This document shows, piece by piece, positions 1 to 16,805 of a DNA stretch of 64,000 nt. The stretch's first letter is position 1, and every line of letters begins with the position of its first letter. Position numbers and translations under genes: made by a program. Origin of the DNA: Balanoglossus misakiensis (Eukaryota > Animalia > Hemichordata); contig CM082580.2 of assembly GCA_040954595.2 (NCBI GenBank), positions 3,834,783-3,898,782 on the forward strand, given 5' to 3'. Below the pieces are notes generated by a model that was not told the origin of the DNA, ran no database searches, and was given only the letters and a program-made list of their open reading frames with translations.

Positions 1-4264
<4,264 letters not shown>

Positions 4265-5975
4265 CGAAAAATACAAACATTTACCACTACATGTACTTAC
4301 ATGGAAGATTCATGTCTTCATGGCACAATACTTAACTTAATGCATTAACTGAAGTTATTTCAGTACCTTAGCCGATGACAGTAATTGTCTCTGTTTTTTC
4401 ACGCATTTCGGAATCGATCAGGAGTAGAGAAACAACACTGCCAAGTCGAACAACGAGTCCAGGTATCCAGTCTACTTACTTTTAAACTGAAAATGTAAAA
4501 GTTTTAATGGAATATACTTTTTCTGAAACGACTAAATTACAATAATCTATCCAGCTTCTTGCTGGGTAATTGTGATCTTTGTTTGTTCGTACTGATTTCG
4601 TTGATCCTTCCGGACATACCCAGTTTCGAACTCCTTGGTTTGCGAGTTCAACGCTCTGGTCATTGTACCTCCGTTCAACATTATAGAGGGCACCATTCAG
4701 TTGCGGAGTCTGGGGTATAGGTGTCCGAACTGGTATTTAATATTTACATTGAGTATTTACTCAGTAAAGAATGGTAGACATTCGTTGCTAGTCAAATAAT
4801 CAGACAAAATGAGACATCTTGTGTATATCTTTGGAATTACCCTCGGACACCTTATGGACATATTGTAGATACTAGTATGTGGTTTATTGAAATAAATTAA
4901 CAACGTATTCAATTACATTACGTATGTTGTTTTAGATTTATTTGCCGGCCATTACAAATGTACCTGCGAAGTTTATATGGGTATTGTGATATCATTAAAG
5001 GATGACGATAATTTATCCTCCTATGGTATGTACATTGGACCTTTGCACCCGAGTCAATATTAGATCAACACAACATTGACATCAGCGATTGATTGATACT
5101 GCCTCACTCCAAACTGAAATAACCCCACCTTTACTAAACCCAGCATTGTAAACTCTATGCCATTCAAGTCACTGCACACTGCAAACTGTGAAAAGTTGGA
5201 TACGACAGATTCACGTCGTGGTCTGGAGAATGAGAAATTGTGAGAGATCTTTTGCAATAGACATATAGTGGCTGGAAACGGTCAGTCGAGACCTTGACCT
5301 GAACTTTACACAAAATTCAAAATTATCGGTGCGAGATTGCGAGGTCGGAACTCGGCGATGGATTCGAAAAATTACGACGATATTAGAGACAGTTTAAGGT
5401 AAGTGGCACCGCAATCCATATGTGAGAAGAGAAAGTGATATCACAGGGTCAGTGAGAGCCCAGATAGAGTGCTAGTCAATGAAACTGGAAGCTGGTAGGC
5501 CTGGGCCTAATGGACAGTTTTAGGATATTAACTCTAATACCGATGGCCTTGGTGCGTGCATGGGTCGATCTTTCAAACTAAAAGTCTGATATCAAAATAA
5601 GCTTGTGAGTTGCGATAAGAAATGTTCTATACTTCAAATACTAGTACAAGTGACATCATGGCCCTATTGATGCGAATGTCTTGAAATTGTAATTTCAAGG
5701 GATCATACACTCATGCATGGTAGGGATTAACTTGAAGCTAACGTGTACAAAGAGAATTAAGACAATGTTTAAAACAGGAATAGTAAGTGTAAATTGTCAT
5801 AAAACTCTTGTACAAAGTTAGACAACAACAAAAAAACTTTTTCGAAAGTCGCACTGGCGTTGGACCAGGGAGTGCAGAAAAAACATGGTTGAAGTGAAAA
5901 CAAGCGAGTTGGTATCTTGGATGGTTAGGGGGCGCACTTGCAGAAGAAATTTGCATTTTGCTTTCATTTTTCAAG

Positions 5976-8900
5976 ATGGCTACCCTAGGAGTGGGTCAAC
6001 AAAACCTCTGGCAACGGCCCCTCCCTCCTGGCTGGGAAGCAAAATATGACGCGAATGCGCGAAAATAGTGAGTGACATCGAGATTTGCATTTGTTCGTGG
6101 GAGATTAGACGAAGTTTCTTGAAAGATAAGACTCGAATCTTGACAGTTTTCAAGGGTGTTGTCCCGTCTGTTTGTTATGCTGTGTAAACTGAAGGTCATT
6201 TGACTATGTGTCACACACTTACAAAGTGTCAAGATGACCTAGATTGTGATTTTATATGACTTTCCATGTACTTTATGTTTAGGTAAATGGACTTATGCTT
6301 TTCTCCCTAGTTTCTTCATTAACCATGCTACAAAAACTACGACCTGGGAAGATCCGCGGCCGATGTATTACGCGCAGCAGCAGCGGTCGCCCGTCCCGTC
6401 GCCTCAACAACCCCAGCGATCGCACGTCCCGTCACCTCAACAACCCCAGCGATCGCCCAGACCTTCACCGCAGCCCCAACGATCGCCAAGAGCTACGGTA
6501 TGTTCATTCTGCTTGCCGGTTTCTGTCCAAATGCTAGAAAGTGTAAGGGGAGCCAGAGAAATGCATTTGGTTTCTTCTTGTTGAAAAATGTATTAGCCTG
6601 GACTTTAATAATTTGTCAACAATAATAACCAATGGCCATTACTCATGTACAGACTTTCTTGAGAAACTAACGATTGAAGTTGAACATTGCATAAAGCTAG
6701 CCAAAGTAGAATATTAAACCAGAGTTGATACATGGGAGAAAAATACTGAAAAAATAGCCAAAAGTTGGTGCTACAGGGGCTTGTGTTTTTACCACTCTCT
6801 GAATGAACTCAGTTCAAATATTGTATTCCTCAGACAAACTTACATATGCATGTACATGTATGTTACACTTACAGAGGCCAGCAGAGACTATCCCTATGCA
6901 GACTTTGAGTTCAGCCCCAAAATGTAGAACTTGCAAAGAGAAAGAGGTAAGATATGCATTTAATAATTCTACAAACAATAGATCATTACATATTTTATGT
7001 GAAAGATCATTGGAATTTGCAATGTCTGTTCCTGTTCTAATTTTTTTTTTTACAAATCTTTTGGTCTAAGCGTTGTTTTAGGGCTTTTTGTAATGATCCT
7101 GATCTTCAATTTTTGGGGTAGGTTTAGTGATGGCCTACAATGCAACTTATTCCAATTCAGTTATTACTCCTGTTTTGTGACTTTGGTTGGGGAAAATCAC
7201 TTCCTGCCTGGCAAGACCTCCAAGAAAGGAATATGACAAAACATAACTTTCATCACCTATGGTGAATTTAGTTTGTCTCTTAATGTCTGTTTCTATTATA
7301 TGGGGGCGTAGATTTTTTTTCAAGTTCAAAATTAAATGCTTTACAATTGAAGAAACATGATTTAGTATCTTAGGCACTCTGAAATAAAAACCTGAACAAT
7401 TATTAGCCTAAGACTATCTATCAAAAGGTTAAATATTAAATATAATTATAATGCATGAAGACATTTGATGCCATCGGCCATTTTGTCTGTCACGTACATA
7501 GACACAAGTGAAGTATTCTGAGACTGTGTGAACATGTATTGCCTCGCATATATAGCAATTTGCAACATAGGTAAGAATCTTGTTTTGCTTGTTGAGGAAA
7601 GAAAAAATGCCCTCTATAAAAATAACTCTAATGATTCAATCATCTCATTTTTTGCGAAAATACAATGCCCTCTTTCACCTGTGAATTCAGTTGACATTCA
7701 GAACAAAGAATTTTCCATCCTATTTTATTTCAATCAATCTAAAATCACATGAACAAAGTCCAGTTCAACCGTTGAAGACTTGTTAATTGTATAGTGTAGG
7801 AGGTTTTGTTGTATCCATTGTTTCAAGGCTAGTGCAAATACTATCATTGCAATCTGTCACTACAGTCTAGTCAGTCAAAATTACCTTGTATAATAAGCTA
7901 TAATTACATAAAACCGAATATTATGTAAAGTACTGTACATCTATTGCCTAACTTCCGTTATTAAATGATGCCACAAATTTTTACAATAAAGCCCATAGAC
8001 TTGAGGCAAGTCTAATTCTGAATAAATTTTGCAGGCTATCAGGCCTCAGCCAATTGTCCCCTGCAATTGTGTATGGTTGATTAAACTCTACTGTAGCAAT
8101 AAAGACGGTAATAGTCTTAACTGCATTGTTGTTATTGTCAGGTATGGAAGGCAGGCCACCAGTGTTATGACTGCCAGGTCAAAGATACACAGAGACAAGC
8201 TGCACTGCGCAGAGCACAAGAAGCTGAAGAAGAGGAGGTGAGACGTCGACAAGGACAACAAAAGATTTCACAAACACAGAAGCAAAGACGTATTCAATCA
8301 GCTAAAAAGCGAGGGGGTCAAAGATCAAATTTGAGTGTAGATTTTGAGGAGGTCGGTACTGGTAGATCTCATTTATTTTCTCTTGCTGTGAAGATTCTGG
8401 CATCACGACTATCTCTTCTGTCATTCACTGATCTATCACTCTTCGTCTTTGCTTTGCTGTTAAAATATTTTGTTTTTTTAAAACTTGCAATGGTTAACAC
8501 ATGCTTCGTTCTGCCCACCTTAGATTCAAGATAAGGTATGACACATTTTGATCATTTCACGACAGTTTGGCTTAAAGAGACATTGGCTGTAACTTTGGGC
8601 TGTTTGATTTCAAAGTTTCTGTTCTGTGTCTTGACTAAAATTTCGTATTTGACCCCTAAAATCTGTCAAAATGTGTGTAATTTTGCAACATGGCCGTATA
8701 CTGTGTAACTAGAAGCGCTTTCACAATTATTTTTGACAAATGAATTCAGTTTGGACTTGAATTCATTTTCAACAGTAATGATGCTGTGTCAATATGTTTA
8801 ACACAGAGCATATCACCATATGATTTGAACAAGAAACTGCATTTCATATATGGAATAGAAACACTGAAACAAAATCATCAAAAGTTACAGCTAGTTGAAG

Positions 8901-11900
8901 TTTAAATGTATAAATTCTCTCCACAAAATATTGACATTTTCATAGCTTTCTTGCAACTGATTTATATTTTTTTGCTGGCTTCTCACAGTTTGATTCTGTT
9001 CTCTTTCAAGAATTCTTCTCTAAAATTTCAGTGTGTTTTTCATTGATGTGGCACTGTCTTTAATTCTCAGATCCAAATTAATATCTATAAAGAGTTCTGG
9101 TATGTTTTGAAAAGAAAACTAAATATAATACAGTTTATTTACATTGTCTTGATGTAAATGCAAAATCATTGCATTCTTTCGAATAGTAACTTCAACAGAA
9201 TTTTGTAGTCTAGAGAGACTTGTATCAACTTGTGTCCTAGTGATGTCCAAGTGATTAACCCTTTCACCCCCAGTTCCCTCTAGTCTTTAGATGTCCAACC
9301 ATTCCATAGAAAACAATGGATTTGGACTGAAACATGGTGGTGAAAGGGTTAAATCATCTCTTATTCAGCTCCGTCTATGTGCATTTAGCGACTGTAAGGT
9401 GATTGCTAGCTTTGATGCTTTGCTATAAAAAGAGGAAAAACCTGAGAAGGAACTTTGAACGTTGAAAATACTAACGGATCATTTTTATAGATGACATCAT
9501 GAGGTTATTGTGTGGGGGTTTACCAGTATGCTAATTGCGGCTACTGTACTAAGCTAAACAAAACCAGCCATTTGGCATCCATTGAAGAACATGAATTGTA
9601 GCCATTTGGCAATCTGGTTAAGCAAATTTTTCTTTTTTTAAACTTCTGGCAGACAACTTTTACAAACGATTCAGTCGCGCCACAACCAGCTGCTGCTGCT
9701 GCTGTTCGAGAAGTGTCTGCTGCCGAGAAGACTGCCCGTAAGTAGAACTGTCAGCCTCTGGTCAGTTCAGTCAATGACATGGACTGATTGGTATACACAA
9801 AACTGGAATATAGCTGGGATGGGGATGTTCAGTATTGAAGCAAGATACTGGAATTTCCAGAGGTATCCTGACCTCAGATCACATGCTTTTAATATGTAAT
9901 AGGCTACTTTTGCCCATTTTAAAAAACTGGGAATTTTTCATTGATACTGTTTTGACTTTCACTTTTAATTGATTGATATCAGTTTGCTGTGCATACTGAG
10001 AATTATGAGTCAACATGTTACCCTGACACACTTGAGAAATCCATCAGTTTAAATGTTCATGTTCATGAAATTAAATTTGGGTCCAATTAGATTTGGGTAC
10101 AAATCTCGCATATATCTGTCATCATGAGGGTTATTGCTTAACGTTATCAGTTGTCAAAACCTTGTGATTCTTCATAAGCAAGGCGTGACCATATTATACC
10201 TGTAATATCAAATTATCTGCATGATTATTGTTCAACTTTACAACAGGTACATGCACTGCTATGTGTTGATGATGAACTTCATTTCATTTATAATTATTGA
10301 CTCATTAGGGTCTAATACCTGTGATTATTTATTTTCAGTCAAACTGAACCTGAAAGCCAAATATCCCAAACATCCCGAATTCCTGATTGAGATGGCATTG
10401 GAAGCAAGTGGCTACGACCGAGAGAAGACAGAGGCTGTATTAAGTGTTACTAAAAGCCCTAAACCGGCTCGAAAGGGCAAAGATTCTGCAGGTAACCTCA
10501 CAATTACACATGAAATTGATGTTTGTGTAGTAACATAAGCACAAAGCAAATGGCTACATCTTTGCTATATTTTTTGCTTGAAAAAGACAAACTTGTTTGA
10601 ACAACAGTAAAATTTTATCCTTTGTAAGATAGTTTGATTTCTCCTTCCCTGTGTGTATATATTCAAGGGATTAAAAAAAATAATGATCTGTCCAAGTATG
10701 GTAGACTTAGACTTTGATAGTTAGAATATTAAAAAAACACTTCTAGAAATGTTTTAATGTTTCCATTTTTTCAAGATCTGCTTTGATAGTAATTATAAAA
10801 GTCCGTGAAAAATCCAACATTCTATTGCAATCGATGAGACCTTGGATTTTATGTACAGTTGACTTGAGCTGTAGCCAATAATATTTTTTTTTTCAGTATG
10901 TATGGTATCCAGAAGTTGTAGTCCTGGGGGAGGGGTTGGTTGTGGAGAAACTGTCTAAAATTAATATTTTTTATATGATCAAAAACAATCAGCAGAAGAT
11001 GGCAACTTTTCTCGCTGTTCGATTTTCAGGGTCAAGTCGTGGGGCCACTCCCAGCGATGTACTCGTCAATTTGCCGACCAGTACAGCTGCCGTGGTATTT
11101 GAACAGAGTGAGAACACAAAAGCTGTTGTATTTGGTGACGATACCACTTCTTCAAGGTCAGTTCTGTATTTATGCTCATTATTTTAGGGAATCGGTGATT
11201 TCATTATTTATCAACTATCAAACATTGTATTGGAGTAGTACCTGTAGTATTCATATGCCACAGCCATGGGTTGTCTTCTAACTAGCTGTGATTGAGAATA
11301 TCTCAGTGAGCAGAACAGCAAATCAAAGATATCACAAGAAGTCAAATAATGCCAAAAGTGGGAGACATTGTCCTTCTAAGCAATCGGTTCATAACAGCCA
11401 TAATGCAATACTGTAAAACGGGTTATTTTCAGTAGCAATATATTTTCGCGAAATACGCGAGAGCCAAAAAAATGTGAAAATAAAAAGTCACGTAAAATGT
11501 TTTTCGGAGATAACGATGCAGTTAGTGAAATACGAGAACTCAAAAATTAATCTTCGCGTAACAGTTGCCTCTTTTGATATCGCGAACATTTCCTGTCGCG
11601 AAAAGAACCTGTTTACAGTAGATTGAAGTAAGATTTTGCAGGACTTACAGCATTCCCGTTAATCCACATTTTGCCTTCATTTAAGTGTGTTCTGATTCAG
11701 TTCCAGCAGCGATGAAGAACCTCCACAACGTAAAACCACCACGAAACCCGAACCAAAGAAAAGCGTGACCATCACAACCACAATTACAACACAGCCACGC
11801 GCCAGACCAGTGCAGTCGCGGCCCAAACCAACCAAGGTCACTTATGGCATCAACTCTACTGGTTACAAGTCTTTGCTGTGTTGTAAACCAGAGGGCCATG

Positions 11901-12621
11901 ACACCTCGATCGTGAAGGGACCCGACAGGGATCTACTCATGTGAGTTGTGTCTTTGATAATGCTACTCGTCGATCTCCTTGCAATCTTTATGTCATTGGA
12001 CGGGTACATGCATTGTGATCCATTCAAAGGCTTTGCAAGAATCTTGTAAGAAAACTTTGTACTTTACTTTACAAAGTTTGTATTTCAGTATTGAAACCTA
12101 GTGTCTTTCTTTCTTCTTTCATTTATTTATTTTCCTGTTCCAAGACTTGTCAGAATACTGATCCAGTTTCATTCTTGTGTTAAATACTGTAAAACACTTT
12201 ATTTTCGCGAGTTGAAATTTTCGCGATATCGAGAGAGACCACTGTTTCGCGAGTATTAATTTTCGCGTTCTCTTATTTAATTCACTGCATTGTTATCTTA
12301 ACAAATAATTTACACGACTTTTTATTTTCACGCTATTTTGGCTCTCGCGTATTTTCCGAAAATTTATTGCTCGCGAAAATAAAGTGTTTTACAGTATATA
12401 CTGTATCTTTTACTAATTAATGCTTGCTTATGTTTTGTAGATCGAGTTACACTTCAGTATCTGGCCCCAACAAGCAGTACAGTAAGGGACCGGACGCAAG
12501 CAATGTTGCTGGGCCAATGAGGAGACCGAGACACAAGAAAGAATCGCTGGCATGTGGACCGCAAGCTTTATTACAGCAAGGACCCCAATATGAGCTGGCA
12601 GTAGGCACTGCTAACTCTTAA
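5976..12621 (+). CDS. Uncharacterised protein: WW domain, Pro/Gln repeats, CxxC..CxxC motif, CUE/UBA-like helical domain, C-terminal GP repeats
   Basis: Exons 5976-6067, 6311-6497, 6875-6946, 8142-8361, 9653-9737, 10339-10491, 11030-11156, 11701-11940, 12441-12621 splice in frame. WW = LPPGWEAKYDANARKY/FFINHATKTTTWEDPR; CRTCKEKE/VWKAGHQCYDC; LKAKYPKHPEFLIEMALEASGYDREKTEAVL resembles CUE. An upstream exon ends at donor 5398/5399. Confidence 0.75.
9256..9352. mobile_element. Short TTAA-flanked MITE (piggyBac-like ends)
   Basis: ttaaccctttcacc ... ggtgaaagggttaa terminal inverted repeats. Confidence 0.6.
11409..11620. mobile_element. MITE family A (TA-flanked, ~210 bp), copy 1
   Basis: tactgtaaa..gtttacagta TIRs; internal sequence similar to copies at 12185 and 26442. 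Confidence 0.75.
12185..12396. mobile_element. MITE family A, copy 2 (opposite orientation to copy 1)
   Basis: Perfect 27-bp TIR tactgtaaaacactttattttcgcgag / ctcgcgaaaataaagtgttttacagta. Confidence 0.8.
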
Positions 12622-13100
12622 ACTATCATCAACAAACAATTTCGCAATATGCTTCATTGTTATTTCAACTTTTCTAGATAGGTATTGATAATTCTACATC
12701 ATGATATTAGTGTACATTGTACTAATGTGTGAGATTTTTCATGGCCAACCCGACATGTACTTACTTTAGTGAAATCTGTCTAAACTGGACACACCTAAGA
12801 AGGTCAGTCAGTTTGCACAGGTGTCTGGTTATTAGAGGTACTTTTAGCATTTTGTCCTTTGTGAAGTGGACTTGAAAATAGAAAAAAAATAGTAGAGACA
12901 GGTTTCCAGCTAAGACAGGGTTCAGACAGGTTTAACTTTCATGTATATATCATCATAAGATTTAGTTTTGTTTTTGTGTGTTATTAGTACATGTATTTGT
13001 ACATTTGCTCAGTGTATACAGTATACAATATTATTACTTTGTCAGTCTCAGATCGAATTGTAGACTAGTACATAAGTCTCCTGATAGATATATCTCATGA

Positions 13101-13213
13101 CAGTAAAACTTGTCTAAACTGGACACCAAAGGAAAGGAAAAATTGTTTGGTAAATGGGACTGAAAAATGTGTTTGGTATTACAGAGGTTTCAGATAGGAC
13201 AGGTTTTACTGTA
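13101..13213. mobile_element. Tc1/mariner-type MITE remnant (related copy ~12768-12936)
   Basis: cagtaaaacttgtcta..ggttttactgta TIR-like ends; gtctaaactggacac is shared with the 12768 copy. Confidence 0.5.
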
Positions 13214-16191
13214 TTAAGTGTTGGCTTTTAAACCCATCCTCTTGTTATCAATGGTATAAGGATAGGATGAAATCATATGCAGGGAAATAGCAGTGAAAGG
13301 GTTTAATACAATTGTATGTAATACTTTGTGCAATAATACTAATGCACTGAGCTGAAATACATCAGTGTGTAACTATGGCTGTCTTAAGTAAGATGAAAGT
13401 ATATAAACAGTGGCTGGACAGTTATTTTGAAGAATAATTTACATGATTGCCAAGACTTCACATGAAATCATTTTACTGGTGAATCTTTCTTCAGTTAGGG
13501 AACATCTCGAATGATCTTTGAGTAAGAAGAGTTAGTCTCGACATTTTATATGAAAGAAAACATTATGGGGTGCCCAAAAGTGATCTAATGTTACATCTAC
13601 TTTTTATTCTTTTTAATAGCATAGATGCTTTTATGTCATGTGTACTATTATAATTTTCACCTCTCTATTTATTGGTTTTGTAAATACTGTACAGAATGGG
13701 TCCAGCAACTCTTCAGTTTTGCTGCTGGTGTTTAAAAATCACAAGCTGGACACAAGTTTTGGTTTTGGTCACTCTTTTTGTGAGGGACCAGTTTTTACAC
13801 CATTAATTGTAAACATAGATTTCCTCTTTGAAGTTATCTGCAGCTGTAAAGCTATATTGCTATTAGTAATTTATTAATGCTTATAATAGAAGTATATTAA
13901 TTATGGAAAATATATAATTCATTATAGTCCCATTTGTCTGGGGCAATACACAGTCTGATTGTGAGATATAAGCAATTTCACTCGTTTGTGCAGTTGTCAT
14001 CATCATCACCACCACTGTCAACATAATGATTGGACAACTGGTACTTCATTGTCTGCTCGCACAGGTTGTTGGCTCGACCACAGTCTCCTTTGATTTTTGA
14101 GGCATAGAGATTCGTAGAACATAGTCTTCAAGAATTGGTGGCGTGTTCAAATGTTTACATCATAACATCGTCTAAATCTATGCCACATGCATACAATTTC
14201 ACTTTTATCATTGATTTGTTTTCAGTACAATTTTACTGCCTAGATATTAGAATTGTTACAATTTGCATTTACTTGTTGAATAAACAGTACATTTATCATT
14301 ATCCAACTTTGTCTCATTTTGTCCATGCGTGTATGTAGCTCTTAATTTTCTCGAGAATTCAAAAAGTTAAAATTTTGATCTTGTATATTCACAATCATCA
14401 AAAGAATATTCCTATGATTATTTAATACAGGAAATTTAATATGAAAATTTGTGAATATTGAGGGTAGGCTGTTTAAGTATATGATGTCCTCAGTGAAGAG
14501 TGTTTATCCAGAGGGATCGGTTGCCATGGGCACTCAGGACATCACATTACCTTGTGTATAGAACAGCTTGACTATGATGTTGTAAATCTGTTTATTGAAA
14601 TTCACGTCATCTAACATTGACGTGAAACAAAACAGGGTTGATAGCCGGATTTTCAGATCTATATCTAAGTCATGACATTTCTTTCAAGGGATAAAATAAA
14701 TTGAGAGATCGTTGCCAATTGTTCCTACATCTCTACATCTCTATGACTCCGTAAATTATTGGTACAATGTACCGGGAGGGGGGGGGGGGTGGGGGGTTAC
14801 CTACTTTTCCAGCACATGCAGTTAATCTAATCAATCAGTACCGGTATGCCTGGAAGTCAATGATACGAATTATCAAGCCGTTATATAAAGGTAAATGTAC
14901 CAGCACTGTGAGGGCGCTCCAGCTGCAGTCAACTTGGTGTCGCGTTCAATAATATACTATTCCACAATTTTGTACTAGTTGCCAAAGTATTCTACAGAAA
15001 TTATGACAATACAAACAGTTATCATTATAATCAATCCTTATTTTATTTTATGGTTCAATATTCTTGCCATGCATAAACTACCAACAACAAAGTGTAGGTC
15101 TAGTTTCTTACATGAGAAAATAATAGGACCATAATTATCTCGTATAGAAAATAATTTCCATCCAGTTTTTAAAAACATGGAAAATGTACAAACTGAATGA
15201 TATAAACTAGCTATAACATTGAATGCTTTGAGCATGCTTCCACCAAACATAATAATGTTTTGACGTAACATCAACAAATTGATTAACGTAACAACCAACT
15301 CCATTTATATCTTCTGCTTTGCACCATGCAAATACAATTAAAGTATTGAGAGTTCAACAGAAGACATGCTAGGGAAATCTGATACACCAAAGTACCTCCA
15401 CTCATGGAGAAAATAAATATTGTCTTTAGTTCACAAGGCAATCCACATCATATGCACAAAACCAAAAAATCACATCCTAACCTGGTTACCGGTAGTACTG
15501 AACCAATATTTACAAATACACACAAAAGTATCAAATATTTCTGCAATTTAACAAATCACACATGCACATCAAATGACCATCTCCACCATTTCCCAAAGTG
15601 ATTCATTTCACTATGGTTACTTGGATGGTAACAATGGTTTCATCAAAATGTTCCTGTCTGCTTTTTAAGAGAATTTTCACTCTAAAACTTGAATGTACCA
15701 ACTTTCTTCAAGTTTGGAAAATGGCAAAAAGCCAATTTTAAGCATATGATGAGAATACAATGTGTTCCTTTGTGAAAATATGGCAGCCTCAGTGTAACAC
15801 ACCTGTCATCTTAGTCAAAGGCCAACAAACAAACAGATGTTTAAATATTTCAAATGGGGAGTGCAAACTAATACCATTATAGTTACTATCTTTGGAAGAC
15901 AGAAGGGAAATATTTAATTGATTTGTACATGTAATCACTGTGCAGATGGTTCGCAGTAATTTGCATATTTATGATGCAGAGTTCCATGAAATTTGCTGGA
16001 GACCAGTATGCCCTCTGAACCTATATCATGAGCCACTGACTCAACAAACTCATTGGTGACTCAAGAAAATTATCCACACTACATGCAAAGGAATAGGGCT
16101 GACTCGGAGAAATTTTTAGAAATCCTCAAATTGACACAAAGTTTTTAAAATGATTAGATTTTAATCACCAAGCTACAAATGGTTCATATTG

Positions 16192-16644
16192 AACACCTAT
16201 TGCCTGGCCATGAGGGCCATAGCGGCCGTTTATTACACCCGAGGGGCTGTGAGTTACCAGAATTACATGCTATTTCCCGAGGCCGCACGCCGAGGGAAAT
16301 AGCGTATGATTCTGGTAACTCACAGCCACGAGGGGGGTAAAAACGGCTGCTATGGCCCGAATATAGGCCAGGCTATAGGTGTTTTATAATAAACCTCATG
16401 CTAACAGCTGGGAAAATCTTGTAATTTTCTCTTGAGGTTGGCAGATGACATCTTCCGCGGTGGCCATTGTGTCAGAAGACGCGACGCTGATTGACGTGAC
16501 CGAGTCTGCGCACTCACGCTGGTCACGTGACCGGTTTATATTTTTTCTGCTATTTCCCTAGTGGTTCATAGTCGATTCTATTTTCCTATCACGTGACGGA
16601 TTCTGGCGAATCACGGCACAGTATTAGCATGAGGTATATTATAA
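16192..16644. mobile_element. Palindromic non-autonomous repeat (possibly Crypton-like)
   Basis: ~190-bp imperfect palindrome 16192-16383 (aacacctat...ataggtgtt), then a second inverted pair acctcatgctaa (16393) / ttagcatgaggt (16624). Family assignment is from recall only. Confidence 0.6.
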
Positions 16645-16805
16645 CTGCTTCTAGTACTGAAGAAGAATACCCTTTGGCATGAGATAATTACTGTGTATGT
16701 TGGAGTACTTTGTTTTAGTGATTAGTACTATTTTTATCAGGATATCTCACAAATTTTTTGACAGGTAATTGTGAATAGAGCTGTTTAGATTATGAGGTTG
16801 ATTGA

